NCBI GenBank assembly: GCA_037381445.1
Contig: JARRQT010000208.1
Location: 1 to 16,371 of the forward strand
DNA from: Calditrichia bacterium
GTDB taxonomy: Bacteria; Calditrichota; Calditrichia; RBG-13-44-9
DNA: 16,371 nt
Direction: 5' to 3'
Position numbers and translations under genes: made by a program
Part shown: in pieces, positions 1 through 9,504 of the stretch
Layout of the letters: every line of letters starts with the position of its first letter
How positions within the stretch are numbered: position 1 is the first letter of the stretch
Notes under the pieces: generated by a model
What the model saw: only the letters and a program-made list of their open reading frames with translations
What the model was told of the DNA's origin: nothing
The model's database searches: none

Positions 1-12
1 TTCCTTCTCCTT
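1..12 (-). promoter_or_regulatory. Probable Shine-Dalgarno sequence (AAGGAGAAGGAA on the minus strand) for a gene starting just outside the window
   Basis: Reverse complement of 1-12 is AAGGAGAAGGAA, downstream of the yihY-like gene and on the same strand. Confidence 0.45.
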
Positions 13-79
13 AATGCATATCAGGGACCGCAGAAAACAGCTTGCGCTTTTCCCATCTCGCCGCGGCGGGTGTCCGCAA

Positions 80-1006
80 TCAGGTTACGAGATGATCGGC
101 TGTTCCGGCACCCTTTGCACGTCTTTCTTTTCGTTCCCTGTATAATTGTCCTATTTCAGCTCCGATTATAAATACCACCGAGGAGTAATAAATCCAGAAG
201 GCAATAACTACAATGAAAACATATGTCCCGTACACCCTGTTTAAGGTGACTGCGTGAGCAATGTAATAACCAAATACCTCTTTTGCAATCTCCCAAAGAA
301 CCGCCGACCAGAGAGCGCTGAGAGCGACGACCTTTTTCCCGAGTTTTTGATAGGGAATATAATAATAAATCCAGAAAAATATGGTAAAGATCAGCACAAA
401 TGAAATAAACGCGAGGATTACCGATGCAAATATCTGATAAAAATGGCTTAATATTCCTATTTTATTGACAAAACTGACTGCAATATTCAACAGCGGCAGA
501 ATCAAGACATAGAGAATGAAAAACAATACCACCAGACCGACCAGCTTGAAATCACGCAGCTTGCTGACGATGATATTCTTGCCTTCCGTGATTTTGAAAA
601 TTGTATTTAAAATGGTCGTCATACTGCTGAAAAGGCCGCTGGCAGCGAAAAGCAGGCCGAATATACCCAGGGAGCCGGTGAAAGTGCGAAAAATGCGGAA
701 CTGGTTGAGGCGGTCTAATATCACTTCTTCTATATAGTGGGAAGATTTCTGATAAGGTACTACAGTTTCTATAAGCCTGATGATCTGGTCTTTGATGTGA
801 GGAGATTCCAGCAGAATACCCACAATGGAAAAAATGACAAGGACCAGCGGAACGATGCAGGTGAATATGGAGAAGGTCAGACCGCTGGCCATTAAGAAGC
901 CGTGGTTCGAGTCCACGCGGTGATACAGACCACTGAAATAATATTTGAGCCTGACTTTAAATTTTCGGAGTGCCGATCGTAAAAAATGCATAATCGAATG
1001 GATCAC
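80..1006 (-). CDS. YihY/virulence factor BrkB family inner-membrane protein
   Basis: About 6 hydrophobic segments. Family-like motifs ASGLTFSIFTCIVPL, LFAASGLFSSMTTILNTIF, WEIAKEVFGYY, YGTYVFIVVIAFWIYYSSVVFIIGAEI. Start is GTG 1006 or ATG 991. Confidence 0.88.
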   Translation of the reverse strand: MIHSIMHFLRSALRKFKVRLKYYFSGLYHRVDSNHGFLMASGLTFSIFTCIVPLVLVIFSIVGILLESPHIKDQIIRLIETVVPYQKSSHYIEEVILDRLNQFRIFRTFTGSLGIFGLLFAASGLFSSMTTILNTIFKITEGKNIIVSKLRDFKLVGLVVLFFILYVLILPLLNIAVSFVNKIGILSHFYQIFASVILAFISFVLIFTIFFWIYYYIPYQKLGKKVVALSALWSAVLWEIAKEVFGYYIAHAVTLNRVYGTYVFIVVIAFWIYYSSVVFIIGAEIGQLYRERKERRAKGAGTADHLVT

Positions 1007-1116
1007 CTAAACCATTTTCCTGACCTGTATTCAATTAAAAAAAGGGCGAAATCTTCTTTCCTGATTTTATTGCTATTTTTATGAACTCCAAATGAATCCC
1101 GGAAGCACTATCATCT

Positions 1117-1166
1117 AAGAAAAAGCCCGGGCGACGAATGCAACAAAAACTGATTTGCCGCCCTGG
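1117..1166 (-). terminator. Probable rho-independent terminator downstream of sod
   Basis: Minus-strand CCAGGGCGGCAAAT-N13-ATTCGTCGCCCGGG forms an imperfect GC-rich stem (12 of 14 pairs including one G-U), followed by CTTTTTCTT. Confidence 0.55.
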
Positions 1167-1241
1167 ATGACTTCATCTTCTTTGCCAATGGTGCCATTAG
1201 CAGGATCTGCAAATGAAAAATGGTGTAAAACAGACGAAATA

Positions 1242-1835
1242 TTATCCGAGTTGCGAATTCACAAAATCCCAGTTGACCAGATTATTCATGAAGGTGCTCA
1301 GGTAATCCGGCCGCCGGTTCTGATAATCGAGATAGTAGGCATGCTCCCATACATCGACGGTGAGCAGCGGTTTCAGGTTATGCGCCACCGGTGTATCGGC
1401 ATTCAGTGTTTTCATGACTTTCAGCTTATCGCCATCCAGAACCAGCCAGGCCCAGCCGCTGCCAAACTGGGTAGCGCCGGCATTCTTGAATTCTTCCATA
1501 AACTTGTCATAGCTGCCGAAATCCTTTTTGATTCTTTCTGCGATTTTGCCCTTCGGCTCGCCGCCGCCCTGGGGCTTCATGCATTTCCAGTAAAAAGCAT
1601 GATTCCAGGCCTGCGCACAGTTATTAAATATGCCGGTCCTCTCCTTATCCCCATGCACTTTTTTAATAATTTCCTCTAATTCCTGATGCTCGAAAGGCGT
1701 TCCTTTAATCAAATCTTTGGCCTTATTCACGTAGGCATTATGGTGCTTGTCATGATGGAATTCCAGCGTTTTTGCGCTGATATGAGGTTCCAGCGCATTT
1801 TTGGTGTACGGTAAATCCGGTAAACTGATTGGCAT
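1242..1835 (-). CDS. sodB: Iron superoxide dismutase (Fe/Mn-SOD family), 197 aa
   Basis: LPDLPY..NALEPHIS, HHDKHH, WNHAFYW, FGSGWAWL and DVWEHAYYLDY motifs. NNCAQ and TLNAD match the Fe-type rather than Mn-type signatures. Start moved to ATG 1835 (MPISLP) because a strong SD, AAGGAAGGAGG, lies just upstream. Confidence 0.93.
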   Translation of the reverse strand: MPISLPDLPYTKNALEPHISAKTLEFHHDKHHNAYVNKAKDLIKGTPFEHQELEEIIKKVHGDKERTGIFNNCAQAWNHAFYWKCMKPQGGGEPKGKIAERIKKDFGSYDKFMEEFKNAGATQFGSGWAWLVLDGDKLKVMKTLNADTPVAHNLKPLLTVDVWEHAYYLDYQNRRPDYLSTFMNNLVNWDFVNSQLG

Positions 1836-2024
1836 AAATCCTCCTTCCTTATTTATGTATTTTGTTGAATAAATCGCGGGCCGGCACATAAAAATTTACC
1901 GGTATTTTTATAGCTGTTTAAGTGAAAAAAAGTTTCACATGGGGCTTTCCCGCTGATTCGCACCGCATATAAGCGAGGTGCCTGCTTTTCCATGAAGAAG
2001 CAAAAAGAGGCGCGGGTGGGAAGT

Positions 2025-2538
2025 CTACTTTTCCTCCTCATCCTCTGTTCCCCGGACTTTATTCGCAAAATCCTTGCCGGTCAGAGCCGCAAAGACAATG
2101 GCCAATCCGCCCAGAGTGATAAAGATGGTAGCGAACCCAATCACAACAATTTCGCGCGCAATGTTTAATTCCACCAGCGCCATGGCGGTGAAAAACAGGA
2201 TAAAAACTCCCTTAATCACTCGCGAGAGCAAAAGCGCCCGGGGAACATTTTCACGGTGCAGGGTTTTCTGGATTGAACGCGCCGCACCGGCCGCGATTAA
2301 CCAGCCGAAACCGAAGATGGCCAGGGACACCAGTAGTTTGGGAAAGAAAAATATTCCCCGCTCAACTACGGTGGAGAAGATGGTCAATTTCCAGGTAGTA
2401 AGCGCATCATTTACAAAAATGATAAGCACAATGATAAAAGCGATATTTCCGATGAAATTGTAAAAACCCCAGATTAGGGATATAGGCAATGAATTTATCT
2501 CCCATCTCCTGCAGTAATGTCTGCATTTTGTCATGCAT
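2025..2538 (-). pseudogene. CmpX-like / mechanosensitive-channel TM_helix repeat membrane protein, frameshifted with an apparent internal deletion near 2470
   Basis: N-terminus MHDKMQTLLQEMGDKFIAYIPNL (from 2538) is in one frame. The rest (GFYNFIGNIAF...FFFPKLLVSLAIFGFGWLIA...AMALVELNIAREIVVIGFATIF) is in another. 'Y(I/L)PNL' and 'FPKLL...GW' resemble the two TM_helix repeats, but the first helix is missing. Confidence 0.6.
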
Positions 2539-4804
2539 GCTCTTCTTCCCCGACATTTTTGTAAGATTTAAAGAGAGAAGACCAGAAAGATTCCCGTTCT
2601 TCATATTCCTTCACCCACAGGACAGGAGACCGCACCTGTTCGGTAATCTCCTGGGCCAGAGACTTGGCGAGGAGCAGCTCCAGAAAATCGCCGGTGCGGC
2701 CGCCCATCAGCACCAGATCAAAATTACGCGACTTCTTCAAAATGCCGTTCAGCACGTCGCGGTCGACGATGCTCTCAACTTTGGCGGACAAAGAATTATT
2801 CTCGATCAGCTCTTTGATTTCATTTATTTTTTCTTCACGGAGAGCAGACGGCGTATCAGGATTGAAAACGGTGGCGATGTGAATCTGCGCCTGGAAATGA
2901 TCCTGCAGCGCCGGCGCGATTTCGGCGGCTAACCGTGTATGAATATCCGCGCTGAATGGTATCAATATTTTCCGTATTTATTTTCTGATCATCTCCCCAT
3001 GGAAAATGGCGACTTCACTGGGAGCTTTCTGCAGAATGGAATCTATTAGTGAAGAGAAAACCCGATCCATGAAGGTTGGCCGTTTCTGCCTGCCAATCAC
3101 AATAAAGTTGCAGTTTTCCTCGATAGCGGTATCAATAATGCCCTGTGAAACCCGGTGTGAAACCTTGATCATGGAACGCATGGGAACGCCGGCAGACTCT
3201 CCCAGCGCTTCGGCTTCATCCAGGAGCGGTCTGGCCCGTTCCGTTTCCTCAAGACCGGCCATCAATTGCTGGTCTTCCGCAACTTCAATGATACTCAGGA
3301 GAATAATTTGGGCGTTGTGCATCCTGGCAATGGCGATGGCGATGTTGGTAAGCCCGTTCACGGTTTTGGGATTTGACAGGCAGAGCAATATCTTGTATTG
3401 CTTTTTTTCAATTCGCTCCAACGCTTTTACTTTTCTGATGAATTCAATCTCACGTTTTCTGGCATATCCCTCAAAAATGCCGAAACCGACTATAATCCAG
3501 ATGATGGTCACGATCCAGGCGATGAGGCTGTAATTAAACATATATGCCGCTAAAAATACCAGCATCACGATTCCGAAAATTGACAGCCAGGGAAACAGCG
3601 GCGTGATAAACCCGCGGTCCAGATCCGGTCTCTTTTTGCGCAAACGGATCATCGCAATGTTTACCTGCAGGAACAGCAGCAGGAACATGATATCCGCTGC
3701 GCTGGCCACCGCTTCAATGGGAAGCGATATGGACATGAGAATTACAATCAGCATGGAAACCATGATAGCCCAGTAAGGAGTATAGTTTTTGGAATGCACC
3801 TTACTGAAGAAGGTAGGAAAATTCCGGTCCCGTCCCATGGCAAATGCCACCCGCGAGGAGGAATAAACGGTGGCGTTCAGCGCGGACATGGTAGAAATCA
3901 GACCGCCGACCAGAAGCATTATGCCCCCGCCGGCAAAAAAAGTCCGTGCCACATCCACCAGCGCGATCTCTTTTTTCAGCGCCAGATAGTCCCAGGTGGT
4001 CATGCCGTGGGGTGCCACCGAACCCAATGCGGTCAGGGCCACCAGCAGATATATGGGAATGACAATGATGAGAGACAGAAAAACCGCTCGGGGAATATTT
4101 TTCTTAGGATTTTTAATTTCCTCGGAGGATTGGGCAATCACCTCATATCCTTCAAAGGCAATAAAAGTTAGACCCATGGCCTTGAAAACGCCGCCCCAAC
4201 CGTGGGGCATGAAAGGGGTTAAGGCCCTGGTAATGTTTCCTTTGCTTAATATCAGTTCCAGGCCGAATCCTACGAAGACGGCCAGGATAACGATCTTGGT
4301 GATTGTCACCATATTGCCCACTTTTCCGGTTTCGGAAGCGCCCCGGAAATTGATATAAGCAAAAATAATAGCAATTCCCACCGCGAGGAGTTTCTGGGGT
4401 TCAAAAAATCCCCAATGGGGAACAACGACATTGAATTCTTTCAACACATGCTCAAAATAGGCACCGAAACCGAGTGCATAGACACTGCAGGCAACCGCAT
4501 GGGCAAACCAGCTCATCCAGCCGGACAAAAAGCCGTTCCAGCGGGGAAGTCCCTCCTTGACCCAGAGATAGCCGCCGCCGGCGTCATGGTAACAGGAACC
4601 CAGTTCAGCATACGACATCGCCGTAAAGAGCGCTACAAATCCATTTAGCCCGAAAGCCAGAATAAGTGCCGGCCCGGCGACCCCGGCGGCGATGCCGGTC
4701 AGCACAAAAATTCCGGCGCCGATCATGGCCCCCACCCCGATGAGGGTGGCATCCATTAAACTCATTTCGCGGCTTAAACGGACTTCTGTCTCAAATTTTG
4801 CCAT
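2531..4804 (-). CDS. APC-family amino acid permease fused to two C-terminal USP-like domains, interrupted by an in-frame TAA at 2978-2980
   Basis: TM1 GVGAMIGAGIF, AELGS, GGGY, TM6 FIAFEGYE, SSEEIKNPKKNIPRA, SSRVAFAMGRD. USP1: KILLCLSNP...FIVIGRQK...SSLIDSILQKAPSEVAIF. USP2 follows in the same frame after TAA: RKILIPFS...DLVLMGGR...EITEQVRSPVLWVK. Confidence 0.85.
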
Positions 4805-5096
4805 TCGTTAATCCTCTGCTGCAATGAATCCAGCAAAACATATTCAGTTTGCGGAAAGTACATCAAATGATAAATCGCATGTTTTGTCCTATTGACAATT
4901 GGGCTTCTTAAACGGTAAATCCTCTATTACTAAAATAAAACCAAAAACTTATATCACCAACATTTTTCATTGAAATTCAGTAAAAAATTTTGGTTCTAAA
5001 AAATATAATGGTTCATAAGCAAACGGTTTGTGAGATAAATGCGATCATTCGGACTTTCTCCCGAAATATCCGCCAGCAGTCAATTTCCATTGGCCG

Positions 5097-6014
5097 CTAA
5101 CTATTGATCATTTCCTTGACCCACACCGGTACCAGAAGCAGAGGCACGGCACAGTTTTTACATACTTTTGGTGTTACGCTGCCTGACCAGAAAGCATCCA
5201 TTCCGGTTTTGCCGTGGGTCCCCAATACGATCAGATCCGCATTAAGCTCTTTGGCAACATCCGAAATAATTTTTGCCGGGTCGCCCCGCTGTACATCGCT
5301 GGAAATCGACAGACCGGTTTTTTCCAGAATCGTCTTATGCTTCTTCATATATTCATGCCCGTTTTCTTCCGCCATATCAAGCATTTTTGAGGTCGCCCCG
5401 GGCAACAGGCGGCTGGTGTTCCTCCACTCACCGGAGAGGGTCCCATAGGTGGGCACTACCATCAGCAGGTGAATCGCGGTGTTACATTCTTTGGCTAACC
5501 GGACCGCTACCTCAACGCCCTGCTCGTGGTCTTTATTCCCATCCAGAGGAACGAGTAATTTTTTGCAGTGGAAGGGGGCCACCTTCTCTGGCAGCGGCGG
5601 AACCAGTAGCACCGGCGTTTTCCCTAGCGCAATCACTCGCTGGGCAATGCTGCCGAACAGCCAGTCGCGGGGACCGCTCCTGCCGTGCGTGCACATGACA
5701 ATCAGATCCGGCTCAAACTCACCGGCATGCTGCACAATACTCTCCGGCACGTCTTTCACCTCGCTGGTATGAACATGATAATCAACTTTCAGATGCGCCG
5801 GAAAATCCTGTGAAATTATTTTTTTCAGATATGCTTCAGCTTCCGCGGAATTGCTCAGATGAACATCCCCATGAACTTCTTGCGGAGCGTCCTTTTCAAT
5901 CACATGAATCAGCATGACAGAAGCATTAAGTTTTTCCGCCAGGGAAGAAACCGTGGGCAAAACAGACTCGGCCATATGTGAACCGTCCAGCGGCACCAGT
6001 ATATGCTTAAACAT
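5097..6014 (-). CDS. Universal stress protein with tandem USP domains
   Basis: MFKHILVPLDGS, DLIVMCTHGRSGPRDWLFGSIAQRV, second repeat KKLLVPLDG and DLIVLGTHGKTGMDAFWSGSVTPKV, both ending in PVLLVP/PLLLVP. Starts 5 nt after the Nramp stop. Confidence 0.92.
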   Translation of the reverse strand: MFKHILVPLDGSHMAESVLPTVSSLAEKLNASVMLIHVIEKDAPQEVHGDVHLSNSAEAEAYLKKIISQDFPAHLKVDYHVHTSEVKDVPESIVQHAGEFEPDLIVMCTHGRSGPRDWLFGSIAQRVIALGKTPVLLVPPLPEKVAPFHCKKLLVPLDGNKDHEQGVEVAVRLAKECNTAIHLLMVVPTYGTLSGEWRNTSRLLPGATSKMLDMAEENGHEYMKKHKTILEKTGLSISSDVQRGDPAKIISDVAKELNADLIVLGTHGKTGMDAFWSGSVTPKVCKNCAVPLLLVPVWVKEMINS

Positions 6015-6019
6015 TCTAT

Positions 6020-7345
6020 CTACCCCGCAAATATGATTTGATATAATAGATAAACATTTAAAGCGATAATTAAAATAGCAATAATTACCGCAATAATGGT
6101 TGTTGGTATTTTATTTACCAGCACACCCATAATATCTTTGCGCCGGGTGAATTGCACCAGGGGTATGATGGCGAAAGGGAGCCCGAAACTCAGGATTACC
6201 TGGCTGATAACCAGCGTCCGAGTTGGATCCAGCCCCACGGCGATGACAAACAATGAGGGAAGCATCGTGATCAGTCTGCGAATCCAGACCGGAATATGGC
6301 GATGCAGGAATCCCTGCATGATTACCTGTCCGGCGCTGGTGCCCACCGTGGAAGAGGACAAACCGGAGGCCAGAAGAGAAAGGGCAAAGAACCAGCTGGC
6401 GGCAGCCCCCAGGAGCGGCTGCAGGGTCCGGTGCGCTTCTTCAATCGTTCCCACATTAGTCATCCCGGTTTTATGAAAGGTGGCAGCTGCCATGATCAGC
6501 ATGGCAGCGTTGACCAGACTGGCGATACCCATGGCAATCACGACATCCGCAATTTCGAACCGGAACAAGCGCTTCACGCGCTTTGCATCTTTAACCACAA
6601 TCCGGCCCTGGGTGAGGGCGGAGTGCAAAAAAATGGCGTGGGGCATTACTGTGGCGCCGAGAATGCCGGTTGCCAGTATTACGCTTTCCGGCCCGGAAAA
6701 CTGCGGGACAGCCGCATGATATAAGAGAACACCCCAACGAGGTTTGTCGAGGACCGTTTCCACGAGATAGCTGACCGCAATGACTCCCACCAGTGAGGTA
6801 ATGGCAGCTTCCAGCGGTCGGAAGCCGTAGCGTTCCAGGCCCAGAATCAGAAAGGTGACTATTGCGGTGAGTATGCCGCCGTAAATGAGGGGGATACCCA
6901 GAAGCAGGTTGAATCCAAGCGCAGCACCAAGGAACTCCGCCAAATCCGTTGCCATCGCTACCAGTTCCATCAGAACCCACATGCCCCACACCACAGGAGG
7001 TGAATAATTGGCCCGGCAGTGCTCCGCCAGGTTTTTCCCGGTAGCAATACCCAGCTTGGCGGAGAGAGCCTGGATGAGCATAGCCATCAAATTACTGGCA
7101 ATAATCACCCACAGCAGCATATATCCGAACTGGGCGCCGCCCTGAATATTGGTGGCAAAATTCCCCGGATCAACATACGCCACACTGGCAATGAAGGCAG
7201 GCCCCATAAAGGGCAGCAAATTTTTTAATTTTCCCTTTTTATTTGCACCGGCCAATACCTGCTCTGCCGCCTGACGTGTATCGCTATCCGAGGTTCTCCA
7301 GCTTGTCCTCTTCCTGGATTCGCTCCTCATTCTTGCCATCGTCAA
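6020..7345 (-). CDS. mntH: Nramp-family divalent metal (Mn2+/Fe2+) transporter
   Basis: TM1 AYVDPGNFATNIQGG, QALSAKLGIATG, ATDLAEFLG, TM6 GATVMPHAIFLHS, SGLSSSTVGTSAGQVIMQGF, SQVILSFGLPFA. Start is TTG 7345 or ATG 7339. Confidence 0.92.
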   Translation of the reverse strand: MTMARMRSESRKRTSWRTSDSDTRQAAEQVLAGANKKGKLKNLLPFMGPAFIASVAYVDPGNFATNIQGGAQFGYMLLWVIIASNLMAMLIQALSAKLGIATGKNLAEHCRANYSPPVVWGMWVLMELVAMATDLAEFLGAALGFNLLLGIPLIYGGILTAIVTFLILGLERYGFRPLEAAITSLVGVIAVSYLVETVLDKPRWGVLLYHAAVPQFSGPESVILATGILGATVMPHAIFLHSALTQGRIVVKDAKRVKRLFRFEIADVVIAMGIASLVNAAMLIMAAATFHKTGMTNVGTIEEAHRTLQPLLGAAASWFFALSLLASGLSSSTVGTSAGQVIMQGFLHRHIPVWIRRLITMLPSLFVIAVGLDPTRTLVISQVILSFGLPFAIIPLVQFTRRKDIMGVLVNKIPTTIIAVIIAILIIALNVYLLYQIIFAG

Positions 7346-7643
7346 ACACTTTCCTGTATTGAAGTAAATAGTAACCTGTCTGCAAGACAGTAAATCTCTT
7401 GTTTTTCGTGGTTTTGCCGAATACCGGATTTTAGAGGAGGGAATAGGTCGACCAGCTGCAGGCCAAACATGTTCCCTTCAACACAATTGAATTCCTCAAA
7501 AAATAGCATTAGGGAAATCATTTTAAAAGGAAAATAACCCGGAATGCATATAAACCCGCTGGAGCTCATATCTTAAAACACCGCTTGTGTTTGAATTCCT
7601 GCCATGTGCCGCAATATTTATCGAATCTGTTCTTATTATTAAA

Positions 7644-9476
7644 TCAATTCACTTCAGGCGATTTTTTTCTTCCCTTTTTCGGTGTCTCTTTAATCGGCTT
7701 TATATCCTCAAATTTATGATCAACCGGTCTTGAACCCAGAATTCCGATAATATCCTTTTCTTCAATTTTTTCTTTAACAAGCAAAGTTTTCGCCAGGTTT
7801 TCCAGTTTTTCCCGGTGCTGTATCAGAAATTGCTTGTCCTCATTATAACACTGCCGTATCAACTGCTGAATTTCCTCGTCAATCATTTGCTCCATTTTCT
7901 CGGAATGGGGCGAAATACCTGGACCCTGTCCCAGAAATTGCCCCTGATTGCGGTCTACCAGCGATATATTGGGCAGTGTCTTGCTCATGCCGTACACCTG
8001 AATCATATCCCTGGCAATTTTGGTGGATCGTTCCAGATCGTTGGAGGCGCCGGTGGATATCTCGCCGAAAATGACTTCCTCAGCAGCCCGGCCACCCAAT
8101 AATCCTTTTATCTTACCAACCAACTCGGTCCGGGACATGAGATAGCGGTCTTCCAGCGGAGTCTGCAGGGTATAGCCCAACGCACCGATGCCGCGGGGGA
8201 CAATAGAGACTTTTTGTACCGGATCAGCGCCCGGGGTGAAGTGCCCGATTATGGCATGGCCGGATTCATGATAGGCGACCACCTGACGCTCATATTTAAA
8301 TCACTCATGGTAATCTTTTTATGTCCCTTCCGGGAACCCAGCAGTGCGGCTTCGTTGCATACATTAGCGATTTCCGCGCCGGCAAAACCGGGCGTCTGTG
8401 CAGCCAGTTTATGCAGGTTGACATTTTCACCCAGGGTCAGACCGCGGGTATGGACCTTGAAAATCTGCTCCCGCCCGAGTAGATCCGGTTTGTCCACCAG
8501 CACCTGCCGGTCGAAGCGTCCCGGGCGCAGGAGGGCAGAATCCAGCACCTCCGGCCGGTTGGTGGCGCCCATAATGATAATCCCGCTCTGGGGATCGAAG
8601 CCATCCATTTCGGTGAGCAGTTGATTGAGAGTATTTTCCCGTTCATCGTAACCACCGCCCATCGGCGTCGAACCGCCGCGGCTCTTCCCCACCGCATCCA
8701 GCTCATCGATAAAAATAATACAGGGTGCCTTGAGTTTGGCTTCCGAGAAAAGATCCCTCACCCGGGCTGCGCCGACCCCTACAAACATTTCCACGAAATC
8801 GGAGCCGCTGAGGCTGAAGAAAGGAACGCCGGCCTCTCCGGCAACGGCCCTCGCCAGAAGTGTTTTCCCGGTTCCGGGAGGGCCCACCAGCAAAACTCCC
8901 TTGGGGAGCTTGGCACCCAGTTGTGTGAATTTTTCCGGATTCTTTAAAAACTGGACGATTTCCTTTACTTCATCCACGGCTTCATCGATACCTGCTACAT
9001 CATTGAAAGAAACATGGGTTTTGGAATCATCCGCATAGATCTTGGCCTTACTCTTCCCGACATTTAAAACACTACCTCCGCCGCCGGCACCACCGCGCAT
9101 TTTCCGGAAAATAAAAATCCAGATGACAAACAGGAGACCAAAAGGAATAATCCAGTTCATAAACAGATTTCCCAGCCAGTTCGAATCAATTTTGCCGCGA
9201 TAATCTACATTATGTTTTTGCAGGTCCTCCACCAGCTGCGGATCATTGACCCGCACAACCGTAAATTCTCCGGCCAGTTTTTTTTTTTAGCAAGCCCTGG
9301 ATTTTGTTCTGGGTCAGTACCACGCTCTGGATCTTGTTTTGGTTAAGCAGATCGCGGAACTCGCTGTATGAAATCTCCTTTACCTGTGGTTTGGAAAACA
9401 GGAAATAATCCATTAAAAAGATTCCACCCAGAATTAAGATGTAGTACCAAACCGAGAATTTTGTGTGTTTTTCCAT
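7644..9476 (-). pseudogene. ftsH: ATP-dependent zinc metalloprotease FtsH (paralog), split into three frames
   Basis: 9476-~9280: TM1 and EISYSEF periplasmic domain. ~9277-~8299: TM2, [12 protein letters not shown], Walker [16 protein letters not shown], Walker [30 protein letters not shown]. ~8297-7644: HESGH, LLGGRAAEE, TGASNDL. Breaks occur at an A11 run (9278-9288) and near 8298. Confidence 0.9.
9278..9288 (-). repeat. A11 homopolymer at the first ftsH frameshift
   Basis: Eleven consecutive T on the plus strand. A10 would put LLKKK in frame with [15 protein letters not shown]. Confidence 0.85.
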
Positions 9477-9504
9477 TTCCTTTTCTCTCTTTTTAAAACT
9501 AATT

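Noticed and set aside
1836..1889. Extended SOD N-terminus from the ORF track
   Set aside because: It contains the SD for ATG 1835, and SOD homology begins at MPISLP.
2978..2980. Stop-codon reassignment or Sec/Pyl recoding
   Set aside because: The codon is TAA, not TGA or TAG, and TAA terminates sod and both Omp85 genes normally.
7342..7569. 75-aa minus-strand ORF overlapping the mntH start
   Set aside because: No recognisable motif or clear SD. More likely promoter/leader DNA, though a small protein is not excluded.
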